From assembly GCA_934613415.1 (NCBI GenBank), contig CAKTSY010000001.1, positions 300,001-332,000 of the forward strand: a DNA stretch of 32,000 bases, written 5' to 3'. The DNA is from an uncultured Opitutales bacterium (GTDB lineage Bacteria > Verrucomicrobiota > Verrucomicrobiia > Opitutales > Intestinicryptomonadaceae). The position numbers and the translations under genes are program-made. The notes below the pieces were generated by a model. That model was not told where the DNA came from. It was given only the letters and a program-made list of their open reading frames with translations, and did not search any database. Position 1 is the first letter of the stretch. The number at the start of each line of letters is the position of its first letter. This document shows positions 14,530 to 22,780 of this stretch, one piece after another.

Positions 14530-15495
14530 TTAATGTTGCCTATTTTTTTGCGAAATTTTAAAGATGTTGTCGCTTAAATTTTCGCTCTTAAAACTTTCTA
14601 TAACAGTAATCCGAATTTTAAATTTCTTGTCGTACACTCCGCAAATATCCGCCAAAATAGTCGACAAATATACGTCTTTATAGGCTATGTAATTGCGGAA
14701 AATTGCCGTATGCAAAATTTTATCAGCGTTGCCGCGCCCATAGGTTTGCATAGATTCAATAAAAGCAAAATCGTTTTTGCATTGGTATAAAGATCTCGTG
14801 CAAATTTCCCCATAGCCTGTTAGTTCCGCAAAGCAATTTTGTTTTTGTTTTTCGTATTTAACGCTTACGCCATCAGGACCTTTTATCATAAAATTAAGGT
14901 ACGGATTTACCAAAAAAGTGGGCACTAGGGGCGACTGCGTATATTTTTTGTCGGCTTCGGAAGTCGGCCATTCGTTCAGAGATTTTCTCGTTTCGCTATA
15001 AACACTCACAGTTTTGCCGAATATGCAAAATTCGTCGCCAGCGCACATGCCAGACTCGCTATTTGCGCTCTCTTTTAAAGAGTGCAAAACAGTTTTTATA
15101 TCTGTATTGCGCAAACAAAATGTGAATTTTTTATCGGAATAAATTTGGGCGATATTTTTGTAGGAATTTGCCAACTGCAAAGCCGAATTATTACCCGAAC
15201 AAGAATCGGAAAAAAGCGGCAATGCCTCAAGTTTTTCGAAAAGTTGCCTAGCAGAAGGTTCGTCTAAAACAAGCTCTAAATTTACACCCGTTGCCACAAC
15301 GCCCGCGCCGCGCATTTTTGCGTATTTTGCAACGGAATTTTCAAGCGGGCGGTAAAAAGTGTCGCCCGTTATGGCGCAACTAGCGCACAACAATAAAAGT
15401 ATTGTTTGAAATATACAAAATATACGTTTTATAGGCATTCTACTCATAATATCTAAATGATTATTTCTTAAGCTCGATATACGGCAAAGGCGCAT
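14530..15495 (-). CDS. secreted/lipoprotein-like hypothetical protein (P11), LolA-like C-terminal motif
   Basis: 321-aa ORF. The true start may be ATG 15447 or 15438 (MSRMPIKRIFCIFQTILLLLCASC), because the predicted -10 lies only ~14 nt from 15495. The C-terminus KIRITVIESFKSENLSDNIFKI resembles the terminal strand motif of P1, P10 and P3. Confidence 0.6.
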   Translation of the reverse strand: MRLCRISSLRNNHLDIMSRMPIKRIFCIFQTILLLLCASCAITGDTFYRPLENSVAKYAKMRGAGVVATGVNLELVLDEPSARQLFEKLEALPLFSDSCSGNNSALQLANSYKNIAQIYSDKKFTFCLRNTDIKTVLHSLKESANSESGMCAGDEFCIFGKTVSVYSETRKSLNEWPTSEADKKYTQSPLVPTFLVNPYLNFMIKGPDGVSVKYEKQKQNCFAELTGYGEICTRSLYQCKNDFAFIESMQTYGRGNADKILHTAIFRNYIAYKDVYLSTILADICGVYDKKFKIRITVIESFKSENLSDNIFKISQKNRQH

Positions 15496-15508
15496 CTTTA
15501 TTGTCCTA

Positions 15509-15538
15509 ATTATAGATACAGTTTTGATATTTTTGCAA
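15509..15538 (-). promoter_or_regulatory. putative sigma70-type promoter TTGCAA-N18-TATAAT for 14530-15495/13520-14521
   Basis: Minus strand reads TTGCAAAAATATCAAAACTGTATCTATAAT. It sits immediately downstream of the GH-gene terminator. Confidence 0.45.
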
Positions 15539-15575
15539 GACTTTTATAGTAGCTGCTACAAGTATATACAAACGC

Positions 15576-15604
15576 AAAAAAAGCGCAGGGGTTTAGCCCT
15601 GCGC
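15576..15604 (-). terminator. intrinsic terminator of the glycosidase-like gene
   Basis: Minus strand reads GCGCAGGG-CTAAAC-CCCTGCGC followed by TTTTTTT, starting 31 nt after the stop at 15635. Confidence 0.8.
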
Positions 15605-15634
15605 CGTTGTAAAAGCTTTTAAGCCGAGATGCCG

Positions 15635-17626
15635 TTAGTATGGGAATTCGTCGTTAAGCATAAATGTTCTGCGGTCTATCTTGTTCGAAAGCGTAAAGGG
15701 AACTTTGAACGTATTTTCGCCGCATTTAAGAATTATACGGGGGGCACTGCCGTCTTTTGCCACGTTTTTAAGCGACAATATTTCGACGTGGCGCTTTTCG
15801 TGCGCAAACAGCGTAAACTTGCGTTTTACAATGCTCTTATAGCCAGAAACTTGAACGTCTAGCTCGCATTCCAAATCCTTGTCGGAATTGTTTATTATGT
15901 ATGTAAAAAAGTTGTTGCGGAAAATATTTGCATAGGGAACAACTTCTACGGGCATTTCGTAGTCTATAACTGCGCGACTGTTAGACGGGAAGTTTTCTAC
16001 CACCAAATATTTGCTGCCGAACACGTCTTCTATAGACGACTTAAGGGTTTTACCGTTTACGCTAATTTTCGGGTTAACTGCGCAAGGCGGCATTAACATT
16101 CTAAGTTTTGTTTTGTCGTGCTTAGAATATAGTGTAAACAGAATTTTGTTTTCGGGTTTTTGCCATTCAAAAGAATAGTCTACAAACGCATCCGAAACGG
16201 GGTATTTTAGGAACACTCTCGACTTTCTTTCCTTGGTATAAACAAATCTGGGCGAAAGCGTTATGTCTTTAAAAAGCTTACCGTTGTCTACAACGCCAGC
16301 CAAGCCGCGCGTTTGCGCATACATCAATTCTGCGCCAACCCAGCCTCTGGGCCCGCCGGCAGTGTCGTTGCCTGCATAGTCGTACAAAAACGAAATTTTG
16401 CCGGTTTTATATACTTTGTTGCCCGTGCGCATTAGTATGTCTACGCCGTAGTCTTCCATACCGTTTTCGAACGCGCCCACCGCAAGCTGGCCTGCAACAT
16501 AAAAGCCCACTCCGCCGTTGGTATACCTGCCTGCTTTGTAGCCGTTAAATACGGGGAAAGACGGGTCTAAAGTTCTAAAGTCGTCGTAAAGCCCGCCATA
16601 GTTTTCGCGCATAAGGCGGTACGTTTGCAATATGGCGCGACATTGCTGGGGGCTTGCCACATTTCTGTTTAAGTTGTACGAATTCGACAAGCTAAGCTGG
16701 TTTGCCAAGTCTACCCCCAAGTTTGCCTTGTCCAGCTCTAGGTAGTGCTTGTAAAAACGGCCATTCCACAAATGCTTGTTTACGTTTTCCTTAAACTCGT
16801 TATACTTTTTGTTCCACTTTTCGGCGGCTGCTTTGTCGCCCAAATGCGAATACATTTGCCCCATTAAATACATTGCGTTGCAAAGCCCCGTATTGTCGCC
16901 GTGCATTGCGCCCATTGGGTTGTCGGGCATAATGCTTCGGTCTAGGCCGCTGTAGGGAGCGTTTATAAAGTCCCAAGTGTCGATAGTATAAACCCTTTTT
17001 GCCAAGTTATGCGACTTGTCCCAACGGGTGGGGTCTGTCATAATATAATTAAGCCCCTTTTCTAGTTTGGGCATGGCCTTTTTAAGCCAGTTGTCGTCGC
17101 CAGTTGCCTGCCAAATGTAATAGGCGCCCTCAACACAAAGGTATTCTATATCGGCTTCAATCTCCAAGCGCGTCAGACCAAAGCCCGTGTTGGGCAAAAT
17201 CTTTCTGAACTTTTGCGGAACAATGTCGTTGCCGTGAACGTCGCTAAGCGAAGTTATAATTTCGTAGAAAAACCCGTCTGGCGTTTGCTCGTCTAGCACA
17301 AGGTCATAAAACGACTTTATTTCGGCGTCGGTATAGCGGCGGCTTTTCAAGATAAGAATATAGTCGCGCAGCCAGTGCACGTTGGCGTGTATAACTTTGT
17401 CGCCCACAATAAAGTTGCGTTCGTTCCAGTCTAGGCCCGACTTGCATATATTAAAATAGTAGTACAGGGGCGCGCCCATATAGGCTGTGCTGGCATCGGG
17501 AATATAAGAGCCCGCAATAAAGCTAGGCATCTTATCTTCGTTAACCTGGCTTTTATATTCCTGCCCGAAAATCGGCGCGGCACAAAGTGCTGCCGAAAAC
17601 AAAACAATTTCTTTCATCATATTCAT
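15635..17626 (-). CDS. secreted (alpha/alpha)6 six-hairpin glycoside-hydrolase-like protein with C-terminal beta-sandwich region
   Basis: 663-aa ORF with signal peptide IVLFSAALCAAPIFGQ. The middle is helix-repeat-rich with Trp/Gly/Asp motifs (DTWDFINAPYSG, HLWNGRFYKHYL, GGVGFYVAGQ) typical of six-hairpin glycosidases. The family is not resolved. A divergent AraC regulator is adjacent. Confidence 0.5.
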   Translation of the reverse strand: MNMMKEIVLFSAALCAAPIFGQEYKSQVNEDKMPSFIAGSYIPDASTAYMGAPLYYYFNICKSGLDWNERNFIVGDKVIHANVHWLRDYILILKSRRYTDAEIKSFYDLVLDEQTPDGFFYEIITSLSDVHGNDIVPQKFRKILPNTGFGLTRLEIEADIEYLCVEGAYYIWQATGDDNWLKKAMPKLEKGLNYIMTDPTRWDKSHNLAKRVYTIDTWDFINAPYSGLDRSIMPDNPMGAMHGDNTGLCNAMYLMGQMYSHLGDKAAAEKWNKKYNEFKENVNKHLWNGRFYKHYLELDKANLGVDLANQLSLSNSYNLNRNVASPQQCRAILQTYRLMRENYGGLYDDFRTLDPSFPVFNGYKAGRYTNGGVGFYVAGQLAVGAFENGMEDYGVDILMRTGNKVYKTGKISFLYDYAGNDTAGGPRGWVGAELMYAQTRGLAGVVDNGKLFKDITLSPRFVYTKERKSRVFLKYPVSDAFVDYSFEWQKPENKILFTLYSKHDKTKLRMLMPPCAVNPKISVNGKTLKSSIEDVFGSKYLVVENFPSNSRAVIDYEMPVEVVPYANIFRNNFFTYIINNSDKDLECELDVQVSGYKSIVKRKFTLFAHEKRHVEILSLKNVAKDGSAPRIILKCGENTFKVPFTLSNKIDRRTFMLNDEFPY

Positions 17627-17693
17627 AATAGTAAATATTTTAACATTTTAATTTTATATTATGTTGACAGCCTTAACAAGATAAAAATATGGT

Positions 17694-18665
17694 ATGCAAA
17701 ACATAAAAATTGGTATGCGCAAAAAATCGGAATATTTGTGGACTCTTTCGAACGAAAATTTAACCGTGTTTTGGACAAAGGAAACGTCGGAGGAATATCT
17801 TAGTTGCCCAACTATTCTAATGCCGAAATATCTTGTTAACGATAAAAACACAAAAAAGATAATCGCGCCAAAAAAGACCGCCCCGCAAAGCTTTTTAAAA
17901 CACGGCATAACCTATGCGGGATTTTCGACAAAGGCAAAGGGCTACTTTCACGTTTTCGGCAAAACCAACTACACAAACCTTGTATTGATAGAAAGCGGAA
18001 CTATTAGGCTGCGCTACGCAAACCGCGTAAGCACACTGAAAGCGGGCGACATTCTTCTTATTTCGCATAATAAAGAAAACGTGCAAATTTCGGTTGAAAA
18101 GGGAAAATCCGTAATATTTTGGTGCCATTTCAACGATTCCTGGAATGGCGTTTTGCGCGATTTAAACGGGGTTGCATACTACCCTTTCGAAGCGGCTTCG
18201 CAAATTTTATGTTTGGCGCACGCCTACCGCAGCGAAATATATTTAAACACCCCATCGGTTGCCGTATGCGAAAGTTGCGCTACCGCCATAGCCGATATTT
18301 TCAGACGCCATTTTGCAAAAAAATTCGGCGTAGCCGTTAGCTACGACAAATTTTTTGAAACGCATTTAAACAAAATAAAAAGCGGCAAAATTCTGCCCCA
18401 AAGCGCAAAAACTTTTGCAAAATCGCTAAAAAAGTCTTCTGCAAAGCTCAGCAAATATTGCGAATGCCGCAACGGCAAAACCCTTTCGCAAACGCTGTTC
18501 GAAGCCAAGATGAACAAGGCTTTGCGCCTTTTAAATTTGGGCAAAAACGTATGCGAAACCGCAAAGCAAACGGGCTATGCCAGCGCGTTTTCGTTTTCGC
18601 GTGCCTTTAAACGACACTTTAGGCTTTCGCCAAGCGAAATTTGCAAAAACAAAAAACAAAAGTAA
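17694..18665 (+). CDS. AraC-family transcriptional regulator (cupin-like sensor + HTH)
   Basis: C-terminal HTH_AraC signature (GYASAFSFSRAFKRHFRLSPSEI) and an N-terminal cupin-like segment (LKAGDILLISHN). Confidence 0.85.
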   Translation: MQNIKIGMRKKSEYLWTLSNENLTVFWTKETSEEYLSCPTILMPKYLVNDKNTKKIIAPKKTAPQSFLKHGITYAGFSTKAKGYFHVFGKTNYTNLVLIESGTIRLRYANRVSTLKAGDILLISHNKENVQISVEKGKSVIFWCHFNDSWNGVLRDLNGVAYYPFEAASQILCLAHAYRSEIYLNTPSVAVCESCATAIADIFRRHFAKKFGVAVSYDKFFETHLNKIKSGKILPQSAKTFAKSLKKSSAKLSKYCECRNGKTLSQTLFEAKMNKALRLLNLGKNVCETAKQTGYASAFSFSRAFKRHFRLSPSEICKNKKQK

Positions 18666-18672
18666 AACAAAG

Positions 18673-18744
18673 CGTTCCCGCTGGGAGTCGAACCCAGATT
18701 TGCGGTTCCGGAGACCGCCGTTTTATCCATTAAACTATGGGAAC
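18673..18744 (-). tRNA. tRNA-Arg (anticodon CCG)
   Basis: Folded by hand into a cloverleaf.
- Acceptor stem is GTTCCC/GGGAAC, with an A7.C66 mismatch.
- D stem is GTTT/AAAC, with a GG-containing loop.
- Anticodon stem is GCGGT/ACCGC, with loop CTCCGGA.
- T stem is CTGGG/CCCAG, with loop TTCGACT.
- Discriminator is G, and CCA is not encoded. Confidence 0.85.
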
Positions 18745-18767
18745 AAAAATTTTAAACAAAAGCCGCC

Positions 18768-19460
18768 CTATTTGTTCGGGCGTTCCTCGCCTACATACTT
18801 GCCGTCTACCAGCTTTATTATGCGGTCGGCAATGTCAAGTATGCGGTTGTCGTGGGTAACTAAAACCACGCTAACGTTAAGCTCGCGCGACATTTTTTTT
18901 ATGAGTTCAACAATGTCTCTGCCGTTCTTTTCGTCTAGCGAAGCCGTGGGCTCGTCTGCCAAAATTATTTGGGGTTTTCGCACCAAAGCCCTTGCAATGG
19001 CAACTCTTTGACGCTGCCCACCCGACAAGTGTAGCGGCTTTTTGTGCGACTGCGTGCCAACGCCAACAATGTCTAGCATTTCCTGCGCCGCCTTTTTAGA
19101 TGTTTGCGCCGTGTGACGTTCGTCGAAAGCCAGCGGCAGCTGCACGTTTTGCAAAACGTTAATGGAATCTAGCAAATGGTGGCTTTGAAATATAAACCCA
19201 ACCTTTCGCCTTATGCTGCGAAGCTTGCTTTGAGTTGCCCCGCTAAGTTTTTGCCCGTGTATTTCTATTTCGCCGCTTTGTATTGTTAATTGCGCACCTA
19301 TAAGCTTAAGCAATGTAGATTTGCCCGAGCCGCTGGGTCCCATAATTATAACGATTTCGCCGGGCATAAAATCTAAAGTAATGCCGTGCAAAACCTCTTT
19401 TATGCCGTCGCCTTCCTTATAAGAATGGCGCAAATTCCTTACCTTTATTAAAGCGTCCAC
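18768..19460 (-). CDS. devA: ABC transporter ATP-binding protein, DevA/MacB-NBD-like
   Basis: Walker A GPSGSGKST, signature LSGGQRQRVAIARAL and Walker B ILADEPTASLD. GTG start. Divergent from devB-devC. Confidence 0.9.
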   Translation of the reverse strand: MDALIKVRNLRHSYKEGDGIKEVLHGITLDFMPGEIVIIMGPSGSGKSTLLKLIGAQLTIQSGEIEIHGQKLSGATQSKLRSIRRKVGFIFQSHHLLDSINVLQNVQLPLAFDERHTAQTSKKAAQEMLDIVGVGTQSHKKPLHLSGGQRQRVAIARALVRKPQIILADEPTASLDEKNGRDIVELIKKMSRELNVSVVLVTHDNRILDIADRIIKLVDGKYVGEERPNK

Positions 19461-19487
19461 TTTTCATAGATTCGTTTTTTAAAGTTT

Positions 19488-19532
19488 AATTTTCAATAAT
19501 AAAATTGAAATCCTTAAAAAATTTTCAATAAT
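19488..19532. promoter_or_regulatory. candidate operator/promoter region between devA and devB
   Basis: A perfect 13-bp direct repeat aattttcaataat occurs at 19488-19500 and 19520-19532. A 7-bp inverted repeat TTTCAAT-N6-ATTGAAA spans 19491-19510. The plus strand also carries TTGAAA (19505-19510)-N18-TAATCT (19529-19534), 7 nt before the devB ATG. Confidence 0.4.
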
Positions 19533-19541
19533 CTGTAGCTT

Positions 19542-20453
19542 ATGAAAAAATACATTCTTTGCGTTTTGGCGTCTTTAACGGTTTTCTCGGCATATGCCGA
19601 CATAGACGCAGTTGGTTGCAAGGGCAAAATTTCGCCCGACGGCACTGTATATAGGGTGTCGGCGGCAAACCCGACGGCGGCGGCAACACTGCTCGGCAAG
19701 CTGTGCGTAAAAAAAGGCGACTTTGTAAAAGAAGGTCAAGTTATTGCCCAGCTTAAGGGAACCGACAAAGCCCTTTTAACGTTAAAAAGCTCGGCTGCCG
19801 AACTTGAACGCGCAAAAAGCCTTTCGGCATTAAATATTTTAAGGCAAAAACAAAATCTTGAAGACCTAAAGGGCAATTTTGAACAAAACAAAGAAGTTTT
19901 AGAGAAAAAAGACCCTCCGCGCAGAGAAAGAGAACAGCTAGAGTTTGAACAGACCACCCTTAAACGCCACATAGCTTTTGCCGCTGAAATGCTAAAGGCA
20001 ATTACCGCCAACGAAAACGCAAATGTAGAGGCCGCCACCGCCGCCCACGAAGAGGCAAAAGCCCTTTATAACGAATATTTTATAACATCGCCCATAGCGG
20101 GCGTTGTTGTGGAAACCTACTCTAAGGCGGGCGAAATGGTTGCAAGCGAAGGCATTTGCGAAATTGCCGATACATCGGCTATGTATGTAGACGCCGAAGT
20201 TTACGAAAGCGATGTAGAAAAAATAAAGGTTGGGCTAACAGCCCACTGCAAAAGCGATGCCAGAAACGGCAAGACATTGTCGGGCAAAGTGGTTGAAATT
20301 TCGCAATATGTAAAGAACAACAATTTGTTCTCTAGCGACCCGAGCGACTTTACAAATTCAAGAGTTGTTCCCGTAAAAATAAAGCTCGACAACCCGCAAG
20401 ATGCGAAAGCTCTTATAGGCTCGCAAGTAGACGTAAGAATTTTACTTAAGTAA
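19542..20453 (+). CDS. devB: ABC exporter membrane fusion protein, DevB/HlyD family
   Basis: Signal/anchor N-terminus, a lipoyl-like hairpin (VKKGDFVKEGQVIAQL), a long coiled coil, then ITSPIAGVVVE...MYVDAEVYESDV...SRVVPVKIKLDNP, which is typical of the DevB family. Confidence 0.85.
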   Translation: MKKYILCVLASLTVFSAYADIDAVGCKGKISPDGTVYRVSAANPTAAATLLGKLCVKKGDFVKEGQVIAQLKGTDKALLTLKSSAAELERAKSLSALNILRQKQNLEDLKGNFEQNKEVLEKKDPPRREREQLEFEQTTLKRHIAFAAEMLKAITANENANVEAATAAHEEAKALYNEYFITSPIAGVVVETYSKAGEMVASEGICEIADTSAMYVDAEVYESDVEKIKVGLTAHCKSDARNGKTLSGKVVEISQYVKNNNLFSSDPSDFTNSRVVPVKIKLDNPQDAKALIGSQVDVRILLK

Positions 20454-20485
20454 AAGTTTATAATCCCCACAAAAAACAGCAAATT

Positions 20486-21673
20486 ATGCCGCATTGCAAA
20501 AAATCGCTATTCGAAAGGATATTTCCGCTACAAATTCCCCTTTCGTGGCTTCAGCTTACAAGCGAGCGCAAAAGGTTTTTTGTGGCAATTGCAGGGATAA
20601 CTTTTGCAGTTACAATGATGTTATTCCAAATGGGCTTAAGGGGCGCGCTGTTTAAGCAGGTGGTTGCCCCCATTCTTTTGCTAGACGGCGATGTTTTTGT
20701 TGTTGGCTATAACTACGAATATTTCGGGGTTGGCAGGGGGTTCCCAAAAGTAAGACTTAATCAATGCTATGCGGTAGATTCCGTAGAATCGGCACAGGCG
20801 GTAAAGCTTGGAGGTATGTCGTTTAAAAATCCCTCTACGGGGCAGGAACGCGATATTTTTACCATTGCATTCGATCCTTCTAAAAAAGTTTTTTCAGACC
20901 CCGAAATTCTTGCCAACCAAAACGTTTTAAAGAAGAGCAACTATGTGCTTTTCGACAGGCTTTCGCGCGACCAATATGGCGATATTTCGGAGCTTTTTGC
21001 CAAAAACGGCGTTGTAGAAACCGAATTGTCGGGAACAAGAACAAAAATTGGCGGGCTTATTTCCATAGGGGCAACCTTTGCCGCCGACGGCAATGTTTTG
21101 ATGAGTTTGGCAACTTTCGACAAAATAATGCGCGATACTTCGCAAACCGTAAATGTAGGCGTTATAAAGTTAAAGCCAAACGCCTCGGCAAAACAGGCGG
21201 TAAAAGACCTAAAAAAAATATTCCCAAAAGACGCCGTTGTTATGACCCGCAACGACTTTATTGAAAACGAAAAGGAATATTGGGCGGTAAGAACCCCAAT
21301 AGGCTTTGTTATAGGGGCTTCCATGGCGGTTGCAATTTTTGTGGGGGCTGTAATTGTATACCAAATTTTGTATACCGACGTAAGCGACCATATACCCGAA
21401 TATGCAACGCTTAAGGCAATAGGGTTCGACGACGGATTTTTTGTTAAAATAATATTGCAAGAATCGCTAATTTTGTCGTTCTTGGGCTTTATACCAGGGG
21501 CGGTTTTTGCCGAAATTTTATATTATTTAACGAGAACATTCGCTTATATGCCAACGTATTTGTCGGCTGAAAACCTCGCCATAGTATTTTGCCTTACGCT
21601 TTTTATGTGCGCTGTGGCGGGCTTACTTGCAACGCGCAAACTAAGGTCTGCAAACCCAGCCGACATATTTTAA
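20486..21673 (+). CDS. devC: ABC exporter permease, DevC family (FtsX-like domain)
   Basis: 395 aa. It has an N-terminal TM (FFVAIAGITFAVTMMLFQMG), a large periplasmic loop and a C-terminal 3-TM FtsX-type domain, which is the DevC architecture. Confidence 0.85.
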   Translation: MPHCKKSLFERIFPLQIPLSWLQLTSERKRFFVAIAGITFAVTMMLFQMGLRGALFKQVVAPILLLDGDVFVVGYNYEYFGVGRGFPKVRLNQCYAVDSVESAQAVKLGGMSFKNPSTGQERDIFTIAFDPSKKVFSDPEILANQNVLKKSNYVLFDRLSRDQYGDISELFAKNGVVETELSGTRTKIGGLISIGATFAADGNVLMSLATFDKIMRDTSQTVNVGVIKLKPNASAKQAVKDLKKIFPKDAVVMTRNDFIENEKEYWAVRTPIGFVIGASMAVAIFVGAVIVYQILYTDVSDHIPEYATLKAIGFDDGFFVKIILQESLILSFLGFIPGAVFAEILYYLTRTFAYMPTYLSAENLAIVFCLTLFMCAVAGLLATRKLRSANPADIF

Positions 21674-21677
21674 AAAA

Positions 21678-21908
21678 ATGCCCATATTCGACTTTAAATG
21701 CTCTAAGTGCCAAAACGTGTTCGAAGCCATAACAAAAACGGCTTCGGAAAAACCGAAATGCCCGAAATGCGGCTCTAAATCGGTAAAAAAACTGCCAAGT
21801 CTTTTTGCCGCCGCAAAAACGCAAAATCAACCCCACTGCCACTGCGCCTGCGAAAGCCATCATAGCCATTCGGAACATTGCAATTGTTGCAGCTGTCGAA
21901 ACCATTAG
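21678..21908 (+). CDS. FmdB-family CxxC-CxxC zinc-ribbon protein with Cys/His-rich tail
   Basis: MPIFDFKCSKCQNVFE...KCPKCGSKSVKKL is the FmdB/CxxC_CxxC_SSSS signature. The last 24 residues (HCHCACESHHSHSEHCNCCSCRNH) contain 7 Cys and 7 His. It starts 4 nt after the devC stop. Confidence 0.8.
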   Translation: MPIFDFKCSKCQNVFEAITKTASEKPKCPKCGSKSVKKLPSLFAAAKTQNQPHCHCACESHHSHSEHCNCCSCRNH

Positions 21909-21909
21909 A

Positions 21910-22776
21910 ATGTATAGACTTTTTGCAATTTTTGCCGTTATTACCCCGCTTTTGTTTTGCGCGTGCAGTTCTACCGATGCAAACAAAAAGCCCAAGCGCG
22001 TGCAGTCGCTTTCTATGGCAAAGATAGAGCTTTTTGAAATTTTAGACGACCAAAAAGCATTGCTAGACAGCGCAAAAAAACACTCTCTTTCCGAAAAAAG
22101 CGGCGAGCTTGCCGACAAATACCGCAAACTTAACGCCCGCTGGAATTCGTATATAGACCGCTACGAAGACGACCTGCAAGCCAAGATTTTATACGGCAAA
22201 TTTTTAAGGAGCATAGGCGAAGACCTGCCCGCCTACAAAATATTTTTGCAGGTGCAAAGCCAAAACCCGAACATTGCGGTAGTTAACCAACAGCTAGCCT
22301 CCTACGAGGGCGACTGCGCCATGGCCGAAAAGGCGTTGCAACACATAAAAGAAGCAATAAGGCTAGACGGCGAGTGCGCAATATATGTATATCAATATGC
22401 GGAACTGCTTTTGGCGTTAAAAGAGCAATACATTGTTATTTTAAACACAAGCTACGGCAACCTAAACAAAGAAATTACCGATTCTTTTAAAAAGGCGATT
22501 TTGCTAAGCCAAAACAACAGGCAAATAAAAAAGCGTTTTGCGGAGTCGTTTTTTGAAAAGACCGACGCCGACTGGCAAAACGCTCTACCCGCCTGGAACG
22601 ACTATATAAAAACCTGCACACTTAATCTTGAAAAACAAACCGCCCTTTTGGGAAAGGCAAGAGTGCTTGCCGAGCTTTATAAAGACAAAGAAGCCCTGCA
22701 AACTTTGGCTTTGGTAGATTTGCCGCAGCTAAAAAGCGAAAGGCAACGAATAGAAAATATTATAAAAGCAAAATAG
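21910..22776 (+). CDS. TPR-like helical-repeat protein with signal/lipoprotein-like N-terminus
   Basis: ATG at 21910, 1 nt after the FmdB stop, gives MYRLFAIFAVITPLLFCACSS. The remainder is helical repeats. The track ORF start at 21805 overlaps the FmdB gene and is rejected. Confidence 0.7.
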   Translation: MYRLFAIFAVITPLLFCACSSTDANKKPKRVQSLSMAKIELFEILDDQKALLDSAKKHSLSEKSGELADKYRKLNARWNSYIDRYEDDLQAKILYGKFLRSIGEDLPAYKIFLQVQSQNPNIAVVNQQLASYEGDCAMAEKALQHIKEAIRLDGECAIYVYQYAELLLALKEQYIVILNTSYGNLNKEITDSFKKAILLSQNNRQIKKRFAESFFEKTDADWQNALPAWNDYIKTCTLNLEKQTALLGKARVLAELYKDKEALQTLALVDLPQLKSERQRIENIIKAK

Positions 22777-22780
22777 TTTT

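Noticed and set aside
18673-18744. tRNA-Arg as an integration site for the AT-rich block.
   Set aside because: I saw no integrase or recombinase ORF in the window and no repeat of the tRNA 3' end. The tRNA is also separated from the block by the glycosidase and AraC genes, so island integration at this tRNA is unsupported.
18577-19011. 144-aa plus-strand ORF spanning the tRNA and the 3' end of devA. The 174-aa ORF at 21603-22127 (minus) was treated the same way.
   Set aside because: Both overlap a hand-folded tRNA-Arg or well-supported genes on the other strand or frame. Neither has recognisable motifs.
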